This document shows, in pieces, positions 32,801 through 48,935 of a DNA stretch of 64,000 nt. The translations under genes and the position numbers were made by a program. Source of the DNA: the human T2T-CHM13v2.0 reference genome, Homo sapiens; assembly GCF_009914755.1 (NCBI RefSeq), contig NC_060926.1, one strand, 5' to 3'. The notes under the pieces are model-generated. The model was not told the DNA's origin. It ran no database searches and was given only the letters and a program-made list of their open reading frames with translations. Within the stretch, counting starts at the first letter, position 1; each line of letters opens with the position of its first letter.

Positions 32801-33171
32801 ACTTACTGGTTGCCATTTTGTTCAGGGTCTGCAGTGCTTATCCTGACCAGTAAACTCAGCTATTAAAAACAGCACCCCCAAAAGGAAAGAAAAAAAGAAT
32901 GTGGAAAGGGGAATGTTCTGGTATTTCCTGACCATATTTCAATTATAAGAAACATCAATACGCTAAAATCTCAACCCGAAGTCCCAAGGATCTATTTTTA
33001 ATTTTAAAATATACTAAAAAGAAAATTGCATTTTTAAAAGTAAAATTTCAACTCTCCTGCTCTCAAATATTTTTGGCTAAGGAGCGTTCATATGTAAGTT
33101 GGCAAGAAAGAGAAACTAGTAGTGGAAAATGGGAGTGGCAATAATTCAATAGTTCTGGGATTGCCTTACTC

Positions 33172-33614
33172 CAGTATTTTTTAAATGTTTTTGGTCTCAG
33201 AATCTCTTTAAACTCTTGAAAATTACTGAGAAGCGTGTGTATGTAGGCTACATCTCTTGATATTTACAGTGTTAAAAATTTAAACAGAATTTTTAAAATA
33301 TTATATTCATAATAAAATAACAATAACATACTACCTTATTTTTTTTTTATTTTAAAAGAGCTATGATGTATTTTTAAAAAACATGTTATGAGAAAAGTGG
33401 CATTGTTTTCCTGCTTTTTAGAAAATCTCTGTTCAATAAAACACAGCTGGATTCTCATATATGATCTACATTCATTCTGTTACAACATGTACTGGCTGAA
33501 CTATATATAGAAAATCCAGTATCACACATATCATTGGAAGAAGGAGGACCTTGTGAAACCCCTGAGAAAGTCTCAGGCGCCTTTGGAGTTCTTGGACAAC
33601 ACTTCAAGTAACTG
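33172..33614. mobile_element. hAT Charlie1-family element (MER119-like)
   Basis: cagtat..tttttggtctcagaatctctttaaactcttgaaaattactgag resembles the Charlie1 terminus; ends ..cacttcaagtaactg. Confidence 0.6.
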
Positions 33615-35180
33615 CCTTAGTCCTTAAATGCTCAGTCTTTGTACTATATCAGATAACCAGATGGTACCAGATATTTTAGACTGAGCACTTAGCGGATACC
33701 TGACAAAAATGACACTGTTCTACAGTTTTAGAAATTTCATTAACCTCTCTAACATCACAGACGTCAACAAGTCCAACAGTCAAGGAAGAAAGCTTTAATT
33801 TTTTTTAATGTTGGAATAATATTTTATGAATACAGCTAAATATTTTTGAAATGGGATATAAACTTGTATGAAGGTAGTCATAGCTGCATATCTTGCTTGG
33901 GTTCAACTAAATCCTTGTGCAAGGCTGTAATGCCAAAATCTCTAACTGAAAAATCACAGGCTACTGGGGACTGCAAAATATTATCTGAAGGGTTCAGAGT
34001 ATGAATCCGTGCCTCTCGTGTACGCACATCTCCCTTCTGTTCTTGGATAAGACCGTCTATCCCTGGTAACTGATTTTAGTATGTCAGACACAAGAAAAAT
34101 CGCTATTCAGAAAATGGTTAGAGACCTCCTGCCTTAACTAAGGTACCCTCTTTAAATCAATACTGTTTCTTACAATGTCTCAGGCCTACTTTCTTAGAAG
34201 ACAGAACATTCCCATGATATTCTACTAAAAACAGACACATCACCAGGGTAGTACAAAACGACTTTCCAAATCCCATGTTACTTTTCAAATTCCACTTAAA
34301 GATCAGACTGTATGTAGTTAAGAAGCTAGCGCTTAGCTCAATTTCTAATGTATGTGGGCTTGAAACCAAGTTTGGCACTTTTTTTGCTCATCACAATTTT
34401 ACAGCTAGATAAAGCCACAGATACCCCACAATGTACTACCCAAAATTTTACTGTGGTATTGGTCACAGAATAACTGAGAATATAATACACTTCTATATGC
34501 AACTTTCAGAACCCATATCAGGCAATCTAAGTGCTAATCTATAATACAGCATGTTTCTGAAAACTAGACTTATGGGTAGCATACAGTTAACTATAATATT
34601 GAGGATGAGGGGAAAGTTGTAAGATGAACTCTAAAATTCTTTCCCATTGGAAAATTTGACAAAATGTTCATTTATCTTGCCTGATGGCCTAAACTCATTC
34701 TTCAACACATACTTTAGTGAGTACCTTCATTCAATAAGGACATTCCTGATACTCTTCTCAATTCAATTTCTAACAATCTGTGAATTAGAAAGAATCTTGG
34801 AAGACAGGTCATACAATCACCCACCCCTATTTTGAATGACTTTTACATCATCCACGTGAAGACACTTTCTAACCTACGCTTGCTCACCATTGGTAAGGGC
34901 TCTCACTATGATTCCATCACAGTTTTTTTCTTTATATATCTTTAGGCATTCTGTACTATGCCTTCCATAAGGAAAAAATAATAATTCTCTTTAATATAAA
35001 AGGCAGAGGCAATGTGGAAAAATAATTTATGGAATCCTGCTTTTTCTTAGTCTTCTGGGAAGGTAGAAGAAACTTGCCTAAGGACACAGGTCAAACCGCA
35101 AACCACCAGATCAGAACATTCAGGTCTTAACCCACCACCACTCTACACAACTTTCACTTAACTAGCTAGCCACAGTTTAG

Positions 35181-35545
<365 letters not shown>

Positions 35546-37273
35546 CATCCTTAACATTTTATTCAAGCCTCAATTCTTCTGAACTTCAACTGAAAATCTT
35601 TATTTTCCTCTTAAAGAACAACCTTTACTCATGGTTATTTAATACACCATTCAATCATGCCTTCTTTCCATTTCCCTAACCTTAAACAATTTCATATTAC
35701 TCTGTGACCCCCAATCATCTCCTCCCTCCCACTGCCCCCAGAAAAGATGTTGATATCATAGAAAAAAACAAGCCTCTTTGATAGTGCATCAGTGGTTTCT
35801 AGCCCCCATCCTCCATCCCTACTCTTCAGTTCTCTTGTAAACTCACCCCTCAAAATAAAAACGGAAATTAGTGTAAGGCATATTTAGGGGCAAAGTTAGG
35901 CCCAGCAAGGGAAATTGTAGACATGAAACTTTGAAGGAAAATAGACTTACATCAACCACCACGAAGAGGGGCCAAAATCAGCCACTGTAACTGATTAGAT
36001 AATACAAGAACAGTCATATCTCTTCTATGCTCAAAAGGCAATGAGCTAACCCAAAGGCAGCTTGTGCCAAACTACCTGGGCCTTTGGGAGGAGTGAAATG
36101 AGACATGGGCTGTCAGTAATAGCTGCAAAGAAAGGTTAAACCGAAGCTATCATACCATGTAAGTTAAGTCAGGGTCTTTTCTACGGTTCAAAAATGACCT
36201 GTTAAATATTTTTAACACCACACTCTGTCGGAACTGGCAATGTGCAAATTGCCAAGGCTTGGTTTTATATAGACTTCACTGCTGCTGGAGGGTTTCTGGC
36301 GGGGTGTTACTTTCAGAATATTAGCATGTAATTTGATCTTTCATGATAGATGAATACAAATAGCTTCTTGGACAAGTCCTATAGAACTGAAAACCAGGCC
36401 CTGGATCCGTTTATCCTGTAGTTAGAGGAAATAATTATGGATTATTTCAGGAAAGAATGGGTTTTGACTGAGTTACACTATAAACATTCCAGCTGTAACA
36501 GATGGACCCTAGATATGGTTTGGGAAGGAAGGGAAGCAAACAATATGATCTGTAAAATGAAAAAAGATGAAAAAAAGATAAGGCTTAATGTGAAAGGAAG
36601 TGAAAGGTCTAGCTTAGGCTACTATGTAAGAATCAAAGGCTCCCCAGTAAATTTATTTTAACTGTACACAGAATGAAATTGACTTTGTTACACCCCTTCC
36701 AGATATACACAGAATACCTACACTAAATTTCTGAGAATCCAGTGTTTTGATCACTTGCTGCGTGCCTTACTCGTACCTCAAAACTAGGTGTTATTTCACC
36801 AGGCTTGACTATATGGAGACTGTCCCTCGTTTTCCACTTCATTCCTTTGTTTCAAATAGCCACGGTCCACCTGCTTTGTTTCAACTGCTAGGACTCCATC
36901 ATCTCCCTGCTATTTTGCTACATTCTCCAACGCAGCTCACAGCTCACTCCCTATCCCTTGTTTGCAAACTGTGACTGGACCATTTTTTTTTTTTTACCTA
37001 TTGGTAGGAAAAGCCCCATTATCCCTTCCCATAAAGCTCTTCTAGATATGTAATTCTGAAGTTCATTTCAAATCCCGCTTCTTCCCAAAGTCCTCAGGTA
37101 GACACTGTCTCAGTCCTCTGTCTCATTTCTAGCTGTGCCTGACCTGACGTTTCCCCTCTAACCTAACAGTGCAGACCTTTCTTTCCCTCCCATGACTTAC
37201 AGTGTTAGAAGCACTGCTCATCTGACACAGCTGTCCCAATTCTCAGGCTAATGTGATTAATCTATAATAATTT

Positions 37274-37370
37274 GGGGGGGGGGGGGGGTGGGTATAAGAT
37301 GAAAGGAATGTCAAGGCCAGAGAGGTACATTTCTCTCTTTCTCTCTCTCTCTCTCTCCCTCTCTCTCTCT
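37274..37370 (+). repeat. G15 homopolymer followed by an interrupted (CT)n tract
   Basis: G run at 37274-37288; CT repeats at about 37333-37370. Confidence 0.9.
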
Positions 37371-39217
37371 GTCTTTACTGAGAGACACTGGAGCACTTTT
37401 CTGTGGTAGTGAGAAACACCACCCTTTATACACTGGCCTAACCAAAGCCTTCCGTCTCACTCCCACACTCCAAGCCCATTCCTGTCTCAGACCTTCTCAC
37501 CCACCCCCATAAACTATATTATCCCACCATATCTTCTTCTTAGCACTTAACAACTAGGTGAGATTTGTCACTTACTTACTAGTTTAAAATAAAATAAATA
37601 AATTTTTTATTGTGTTTCTCCCTCTTCCACACACCAAAATGTAAGCAACATGAGAGTAAGAACTCTGCCTGGCTCATGGCTACATACTCATGCTTGGCAC
37701 CTACCAGGTGCACAATATAAATTAAAACATATTCATTTTAACATCTTAGCCTTGGCTACACTTTGGTGTGGAGAGAGGAAGGTGAAGTTTAAGTTTTATA
37801 TAGCCTAGCAAGGAAATGGGGGGCAGGGGTGGGTTTGTATGTCCCCAGTTTAATATAGTAGCAAGCAGATATTTGAGATAAATTAAAAGATATCATTTGT
37901 AACTTGGATTCCAGTTTTCAAGGGTGTCATCCAAGAGAGGCAGCCAAACAAAAAGACGGCTGGCAGACCTTGGGTGTACCAGACAACTCCCTGGTGGACA
38001 ATATCCCAGTTGGAAGGGATTGCTTGGATCTCTAGTTGCAGACACCAGCTGATAGGCCCAGAGCCATCCCTAATGACCTCTGAGACAGCGTCTGTCTCTT
38101 GAATATGCATCTCCTACAAGTCAGAAATTGACATATTATCTCCCCTGAAGGCTTCTAACATTTATTGACGCTATTTGGAAAGCCATGCTTCCATGCCTAT
38201 TAATAACCTTCAGAGAGAACCCCAAGGAAGTGTCAGGAGAAAAATAGATCCGGCTGATGGAAGCCAAAGACTTGACCAGAGGTAACAGTCAGTAATACAT
38301 TTAAAAAAAAAAAAAAAAAACAGAAAGTAGTAACATTTCTGAATTAGATGTTATCTTTTCAGGAGGCTTCAAACAAAATACTTAGCCAATGAATTACAGC
38401 AATGTGAGGCAAGAACCCTGGTCTTTACAAAAAGGAACTCTTGAAAGACCCCTTATCTATTTAAATAGACCAGCAGCAGCAACTAACTTTATCTGCACAT
38501 CAATTTATTCCAAGGAATTTTGCCTACACGGCTGTTATCATTAAACCTTTCATAGTTATTTTTACAGTTATTTAAACTTTGTAAAGTTTCTCCAAGTCAC
38601 ACATTAAATAGCAACCAGATCAACCTACTCTAAATAATGGAATCACTAATTAACATTAACCTTGGAAAAGAATTCTCTTAGTGGTCTGTCTCCTCTCCCC
38701 TCCCCCGAATAGAATGTGATTAATGGAATTCTCTCACAATTTAGCTTGAAATATGCTTTTGCCAGTCAAGCAGCTAAAGCAGAATCAGATAATTGTGGTA
38801 TGACTCAACAAACACACAGCTGTTCATTTAAATATATCCATCAAAAGTATAAATATGATCATGAGAAAGAAAACGAGCCATGTACCAGGGTCAGTGCACA
38901 AGTTGAATGGGTTAGCATCCAAGTAACCACAACAGAAAACAAGGAGGAGACAGGGAGAGGAGGCAGGGAGAGGTTCTGGATGGATACCGGGTGGAGAGAG
39001 ACTGGAGAACGGATATAACCAAAAAACCACCCACTCGACCAGAAACACTCACTGACCTAAATAAGAAAACAATGTTAAAAGTAAAAATAAATGCACTCTA
39101 TGAAGTAGGGAGAAAGAATGAAATCTTAAAAATAGGTGATGCGCCCAAGAACACAAAGGTAGAAAGCCGATAGAGTAGAAAATTATGAATTTGATCTGTT
39201 ATTAAAAATAAAATGCA

Positions 39218-39507
39218 GTCAGGCACAGTGGTTCATGCTTGTAATCCCAGCACTTTGGGAGGCTGAGGCAGGAGGATCACTTGAGCCCAGGATCTCAAGA
39301 CCAGCATGGGCAACACAGTGAGACCCCATCTCTACAAAAAATAAAGAAAATTGGCCAAGCGTGTTGGTGTGGGCCTGTAGTCCCAGCTGCTCTGGAGGCT
39401 GGGACGACAAGATTACTTGAGCCCAGGAGTTCAAGGTTACACTGAGCTATGATCATGCCACTGTACTCCAGACTAGGTGACACAGTGAGACCCTATCTCT
39501 AAAAAAT
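39218..39507 (+). mobile_element. Alu (AluJ-like)
   Basis: Diverged dimeric Alu. Confidence 0.9.
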
Positions 39508-40859
39508 ATGTAAAATTAAAACTAAAAATAAAACAAAGACCCCAAGGCAGTGGAAAAGAGGAGAATAGTATTCTCACCTCAGTCCTTGTCCACAACCTTC
39601 AAACACTGTGATTATGAAATCATTGTGGAAACGTGGGAATCCTTCCAATAGTCCAAAAGTATAATGACTGAAAAACACCACTCTGTACCAGGCAATCCCT
39701 TAAGGAGGTTCTACATATACAAGACTGCCATTTAACATGAGGCAAGGAAATGGAGAAAGAGAAAACTGTAAGAACATGATGGGGGACAGGTGGCAGGGAG
39801 GGGTCCCTGTATCCAGTGTGCCAGGCCCCATTCCTTCCTTCTTTCTCAAGGATGGGCCAGAAAGGCCCAATAAGAACTTGAGAAGGAAAGGCACTGAGAA
39901 GGCTTTGAGGCCTCTCCTCCCTTAATATGTAATTCAAAATGCTAACAAGTGAAAGAAACATCTAATCCATGATGAACATTTCCAAGCTTTCCCTGAACCA
40001 TCAAAAATCTCTCTTTCCAAAAAATAATCTCTCTGGCAGTGGGGGGCCTAAGCACATGTGTAGCCAAACTACTCAGTTATCCTGCACTGAAAACCACCCA
40101 CATCCTTCCCATTTATAGGCAATCTCTCCTACATCATCATAAGCAACAATTTCAACTACCACCACCTCCTCAGCCCCAAGGTCTCCAATATCCACCCTCT
40201 TCATCCTTTCACCGAACACTTTCTAGAACAGCAACTACACAGGCTTCCTCCATGTCCCCCATCCAGTCTTCAGTCCACAGTGTTCTGCCTTAGTCAATCC
40301 AGTGAAATACCCCTTGTTAAGGTTCTACGTCGTTTTAGTCTTACCTTATCCTTCAGGTTCACAAGGGAGCTTCCTCAAAATATGGATTCCCAAGCCTCAC
40401 CCCCTAGAGATTTTGATCTGTGACGAGGCCTAGGAATCCCCCACCCTCCAGCAAATCGGGTGATGCTGAGAATGACAAGGAGGTCTCACTCACTGATTAT
40501 GTAGGATGTGGTGTTGTGACCACCTTCTTCCCTTGGCTTCCTCCCTAGCTGGGATTTGTGGGCTGCACTCTCAGGTATCTTTACTTTAATGCTTTGATCC
40601 TTCTCAGTTTCCTTGCATAGAAGCTTCCTCTTCTGTCACTCATGCCTTAAATCTTGGTTTAGGCCCCACAGCTCAGCCTTTTCTTTTCACTCAAGATGTT
40701 ACTCGTTTTCTTAGACTCGGGAACCACTGTAGGCCACCAGGCTGGACCACCAGGTTGAGAATGAAATCACCCATTCTTTAGTCATTTCCCCACTCCCTGT
40801 CTATTCTTTCCTTATTACCCTCCTCCCCATATGTTCTTTTCTTTTCACTGTTTATAAAA

Positions 40860-42000
40860 TTAATATTTAAATTTTTTATTACAGATAGTTCAAGTTACAT
40901 AGAAACAGAAAGCGTAATATGCCTTCTTTTAAAATCTTCTAGTTTCAAAAATAAGCAACATTCTACCCCCAGTTTCAAAAATAAGCAGCCTTATTTCCTC
41001 CATTCCCATTTTCTTCCTGAGGTATTTTAATGAGAATCACAGATGTCATATCATTTCACCCACAAATTCTCTGACAGATAAGGACTTTTTCTAAACATAA
41101 CTAAAACCCAACATCTCACCCAACAAAGTTAAAATTATTCCTCCTTCAAATATCATCTAAGAGCTAATCAGTGTTAAATCTGCCCAATTTTCAACAACTA
41201 AAACACCCTCCAACAACAACAACAACAACAAAAAGAAGGAGAATGGAAATAGAATACAAAAAAGAAATTGTTTTCAGTTTTCATAACTAGCAGTATAGTG
41301 TTAGCATTGTGGCACTTCTGAGAATACTGTGTGTATAATGTGGAAGAAAGCAAATGAGTACCTATGAAGTATTCTATCACCCCGTTGTGTTTGAGGACTA
41401 GAATTTTGTGTCAAATAAAGGAGATAAAGATGTTATATAGAAAAGGTTAAGTTAAAACCTTATAAACTGAATTTGAATCACAAAGTATCAGAATGAACTC
41501 ATGAAGTATTTTATAAATATTTAATTCCTGGTTCTGTCCACTAAACGGGCCTAGAAATAAGGACCCACTCAGTAGCAGTGAGCATCCCTGGTGCCCAGAT
41601 TGTGGTGTTAATATAACATATGCCACTAAAAGAAAAACAAATTGAATTGAACCATGTGGATGCAATCACCAAAATCTAGCAAGAAAGAAGCTGGAGGTCA
41701 AATGGCCAGGTTCTTCAACAGAGAAACTGTAAGGGAAAGAAAGGGCTGGAGGGGGAAACCCCAGGTTTAAGAGACTTACAAAACATAAAGAGATAATACG
41801 AGACCAATCTGTAGGTCTGAACACCTGGTTGATGGACCCATTAAAAAAAAGGCAAGGAGGCAATTACTATAGTGTATATACTACATAATATACTATTTCT
41901 TGGCCTGCATGGTGATCACAAAAAAAATTCACCTTGTAATTAACTAAACTATGTATGCTTCTTTTCGTGTTTTATTTTACATTAAAAAAGGTAAAAAGGA
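40860..42000. mobile_element. Old L1M fragments (L1MC/ME-like 3' regions)
   Basis: AT-rich sequence with L1M 3'UTR-like motifs (ccactcagtagcagtgagcatccctggtgcccagattgtggt). Confidence 0.55.
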
Positions 42001-42798
42001 AAGGACAAAAGCTGAATACATGTTGTTACAAATATATACACACATACACATACACTAAGCAAGTAACAAGCACTGTGCATCATATATACGCAAACAATTA
42101 GCCCAGGTTGGTACATTACAAATAAGTTTGTGCAATACACTTCTGAAATATCAACTCTTCCTTATCTTCAAACTGAAGAAATTGTTTTTACAAGTTCCAA
42201 GTTTATTTTTAATAGAATAGCAAAATAAGTATGTTTCCTGGTCATAATCAGAAATCATGTATTAAAATAAAATTAACACATCATATAAAGTGGTCCTTCC
42301 TCCCACGTACTTCAATAAGTGTCATGGCTCAAAGGATATAGAAAGTCTAGGGTTCAGATCAGTGTTTTTCAAAGGAATTGTGCAACACTATTGTCAAATA
42401 AGAAAAATGAACATCATAAAGAGTGAACCTTCACTAATGAAGTCTATACATTTAACAAAATCCCAAAAATAATAGGTTTTCTTCATGGGGGGAGAGGGTG
42501 GTAACTGGGTATGATTCTTTTAAAGTTCCTATTTTTAAAACACAAACACACACACACAAGTAATAAAATTCTGTGAAATGGACTTAAAATGGGGAGACTT
42601 ACCCCATGAAAAAGAAAAAAAAAAACTAAGCCTCAAAAGTTAAAACAATGCGATTCTGCTGCATGAATAGGCAGACAGATTAATGAAACTAAACGGTTAT
42701 CCCAGAAATAGACCAAAATCTATATGGGAATTTATACTATAAAAGAAACCAAAGGAGAAAAGTTGGGACTGTTCAGTAAAATTGGAATGACTAGCCAA

Positions 42799-43250
42799 TA
42801 TGGCAGAGACTGCTAATTTTCCACTAAAATCCCTTCTTTCCTTCTTCTTGGGTACAAGGCGGCCAACACAGACTTCACTTTTCAGTCTGCATTGCGGCTA
42901 GATGTACCCATATAATGAAGTTCTCATCACTATAGTTTTCATCTGTAGTGATGTCTGCCGTTTCTGATCACTAGCCCTGGACTTTCTTCTTTGCCCTTCC
43001 CATGGAGAGGACCCAGATACAGCAGCAACTCAGATATGACCATGCAGATAATCACAGCAACAATTACTAGAACCACAGGACAGAAGGAACTCAAGCCTCT
43101 GAATGATCAGTGGATGTGGGAGGTTCTGCTGACCTGTTTTGCTTACACAGGGACTGTTAAGTGAAGAAAAAATAAACTTTTGTGTTCTTTGAACCATAGC
43201 ATATTTCAGTCCCTTGGTTACAGCAATTCAACCTAACCCTAATTAATACA
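42799..43250 (+). mobile_element. MaLR LTR (MLT1J-like) inserted into an L1
   Basis: Starts tggcagagactgctaatt, has an internal aataaa, ends ..ccctaattaataca. L1 ORF2-like sequence lies on both sides. Confidence 0.7.
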
Positions 43251-43259
43251 GCATCTAGA

Positions 43260-44860
<1,601 letters not shown>

Positions 44861-45765
44861 AAAATACAAATATTCATTGCCAACACCAGATACCGGAAAA
44901 CTTCTCTGGTGACTCTCACTGTTAACCACATTAGGAAACTACTGAGCTGAACAATTTTAACCCTGTTTCATAATTAAGAATCACAGGGGTAGCAATTAAC
45001 TACAGCCATCATCTCCTTCTCCCTCAAATAAACATATACACAAAATAAAGTCTGTCTCCTAATTCCATTTCTGTTATTCATTACTTCCTCTTAAAACTAA
45101 TTCAACCTCACACCACCTTAAATGGGCATAGAAGTGTCTCAAAATGCTCAAAGGATGGTAGCCAGAACTAACAACTATGCTAATATATTAACAGCCTCCA
45201 AAAAATAAAAATTTCACAAAACTGACACCTTGGCAGCAGCCCCAAGCCGTGCATCGTCTGCCTTGGAAAATAAAAACATACATCCTTAGTGACCAAAAGT
45301 CCAATGTCAACAGTCATGGCCTTGGTTTTGTCCCTAATGTGAAAGGTCTCCCGCCTACCCCCTTTAAATTATGAACTAACCTCTCACTTGAGGACTGGTG
45401 ATTATTACAGTATAGCCATTTAAGGGACACTAGGCAGGCATTACTCACCCTGAGATTAAATTCTGCTTAAAAGGAAAAATATCCACAATATACCAAGTCA
45501 AGCCAAAAAGCAAGTTGTAAAATAGAATGTATGGTCATGTTCCACCAATTTTTAACATAATTAATATGCATATTTGTTTGTATATAAAAATATCTGTATA
45601 AGAAAAGGTTTGTAAATGGGAAAGTTTGTATTCCAAGATTTTAGCCAAAGGTGAAAGAGAGAAGGGAAGAACTTTTATCTCTATATATGGCTATACTTTA
45701 TACTGTTTCGTATTATCTGAAATGAAATAATCAAAATTAACTTTTACATAAAATATAAAGCTATG

Positions 45766-46050
45766 GGGGGCTAAGGCAGAAGGAATACTTGAGGCCAGCA
45801 GTTCAACACCAGCCTGGGCAACATAGTGAGACTCTGTCTCCAAAAAAAAAAACAAACGACAAAAAAAAAAATAGCCAGGCGTGGTTGTGTACATCTATAG
45901 TCCTAGTTACTTGGGAGGCTGAGGCAGGAGGATCCCTTGAGCCCAGGAGTTTGAGGCTGCAGCGTGCCATGATTGCATCACTGCTCTCCAGCCTAGGCAA
46001 CAGAGTGAGACCCTGCCTCAAAATAGTAATAATAATAATAATAATAATAA
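45766..46050 (+). mobile_element. Alu (AluJ-like, 5' truncated) with (TAA)n tail
   Basis: Alu body followed by taataataa repeats. Confidence 0.88.
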
Positions 46051-46386
46051 GGCTGTTTTATAATAATACATTGGACTTTCCTTTAAAAAGAATGCACCTA
46101 ACAGCCACATCAGAGACTTTCCTCAAAAGCGTTAAATCTAAGGAGGCTGCACAGACCAACCCTGGCAGAATTTAATCCCCAATCCCTTGCTTCTGTCTCC
46201 ACATACATGGTTCAAACCATATCTGAGCAACTCAAATGTTAAATTCAGAAAGACACACACATCAACATTTTGCACTTCAGGCTTCCCCTCACAAAACATC
46301 TTACTGACTCTATTCCAAGTAGGTATTCATATTACCCCCATAACTTATCATACTCTTAAAAGCATTTCATCCTGGATAGCGAGACA

Positions 46387-46731
<345 letters not shown>

Positions 46732-46744
46732 TAAAATGTAGTTC

Positions 46745-47135
46745 TGGAAAAGGTAAATGCAAGGACACAGCAAAAAGCCCAGTGATTGCCAAGGGCTAGT
46801 GGGGATGGGAAATGAATAGGTAGAACACGGAGATCTTTAGGGCACTGAAACTACTCTCTATAATATTATAATGGTAGATGCATGTCATTACTCATTTGTC
46901 CAAACCCACAGAATGTACAACACCAAGACTGAGCCTAATGTAAACTATTGCCTTTGGGTGATAATGATATGTCGAAGTAGGTTCATTGATTGTAGTACAT
47001 GTACTACTCTGGTGTGGGATATTGACAGTAGGGGAGGTGTTGGGGAGATAGATGAGAACTCTTTCTATTTTCTGCTCAATTTTGCTGTGAACCTAAAACT
47101 GCTCTAAAAGAAATAAGGTCTATTTTAAAAGAAAA
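46745..47135 (+). mobile_element. L1MC-like 3' end
   Basis: ..catttgtccaaacccacagaatgtacaacaccaaga.. ctaatgtaaactat.. ending ctaaaactgctctaaaa. Confidence 0.75.
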
Positions 47136-47141
47136 AATTAG

Positions 47142-47456
<315 letters not shown>

Positions 47457-47808
47457 TTAATGTAGTGGCCCTGTAAGGTGAAAAGGATGGCAGGGGCATT
47501 TTATAGGCAGGGAAACACTGGTAGTATTTATTTGAAAAACTTGGCCAAATTTAAAGAATAGCTGTGCAGATCCACCCAACAAAGCCTACTATGAAGGCAA
47601 CGCCAGAACTAAGAACTATTAGGCTGGTCCTAACTTTCTTATATTGGATTCATATAAAAAAACAAAATAATCATTTGTGGCAAAGAATTTACCCTGTAGA
47701 TTTGATCTCTGCCAAAGAGTATTAAAAGAAGTGATTTGTTGAAGTGGCTGCACTGCTGGTTCTGGCAATGCCGTTCTGAGAGCTCCTGGGTAAAGCTTAC
47801 TCAGCTAC

Positions 47809-47983
47809 CTTAATGCAGGCTCTTGGTCACATCTGCCCACAGTCCTTCAAGCCGCGTGCCCTCGTTCAGAGCTTCTCTCACTCTGGTCACTGGGGTACTC
47901 GGAGAGTAGAAGAGGCGTTCCTGGGATTATGAGTTCTCCAGCAGCTCTCACTTTGGCAGTGTGACGCTTACCAATGCTCCAGG
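47809..47983 (-). other. ACVR1: ACVR1 non-coding 5'UTR exon 2 (175 nt)
   Basis: Pyrimidine tract then ctgcag|CCTGGAG; donor TTAAG|gtagct. The junction ...GCCTGCATTAAG|TTGTACAATG matches the ACVR1 mRNA leader as I recall it. Confidence 0.9.
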
Positions 47984-48220
47984 CTGCAGAGGGAAAGAAG
48001 AAAGAAAACCAGCTAAGCAGAAGAAAATCCTGCAGTTGTGAATGTGGTGGCTAAAGGAAGTGCACATTTGGCACGCCTTTCAATTAGGACCACAAAACAA
48101 AGCTGATCTACAAGTGCAGCAAGTACAGAAAAGTTTGAAAACACTGATAGGAAGAGTGTGGAGGTTATGGATCTATACTGGTCTTTAAATATTTTTCTAA
48201 ACACAAAAACCAGTAAGATC

Positions 48221-48567
<347 letters not shown>

Positions 48568-48671
48568 TTAAAGCCTATACACTATGTACTCTAGCCCTTT
48601 CCTCTCTTTCCCTTGCCACACACAAAATCAAACAAAAATTTTGACCCTGCATGTACTATTGTGTGCATTTG

Positions 48672-48935
48672 AGGGAGGCGGATCATGAGGTCAGGAGTTC
48701 AAGACCAGTCTGGCCAATATAGTGAAACCCCGTCTGTACTAAAAATACAAAATTAGCTGGGTATGGTGGCGTATTCCTGTAATCCCAGCTAGTCGGGAGG
48801 CTGAAGCAGGAGAATCGCTTGAACCTGAGAGGCGGAGGTTACGGTGAGCCGAGATCACGGTGAGCCGAGATCACGCCATTCCACTCCAGCCTGGACAACA
48901 AGAGCGAAACTCTGTCTCAAAAAAAAAAAAAAAAA
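48672..48935 (+). mobile_element. Alu (AluSg-like), 5' truncated, with an internal 16-bp tandem duplication
   Basis: acggtgagccgagatc occurs twice at 48841-48872. Confidence 0.9.

Noticed and set aside
40941-40987. 17-bp direct repeat agtttcaaaaataagca at 30-bp spacing
   Set aside because: Only two copies, within an old L1-like relic; a local duplication and not an array.
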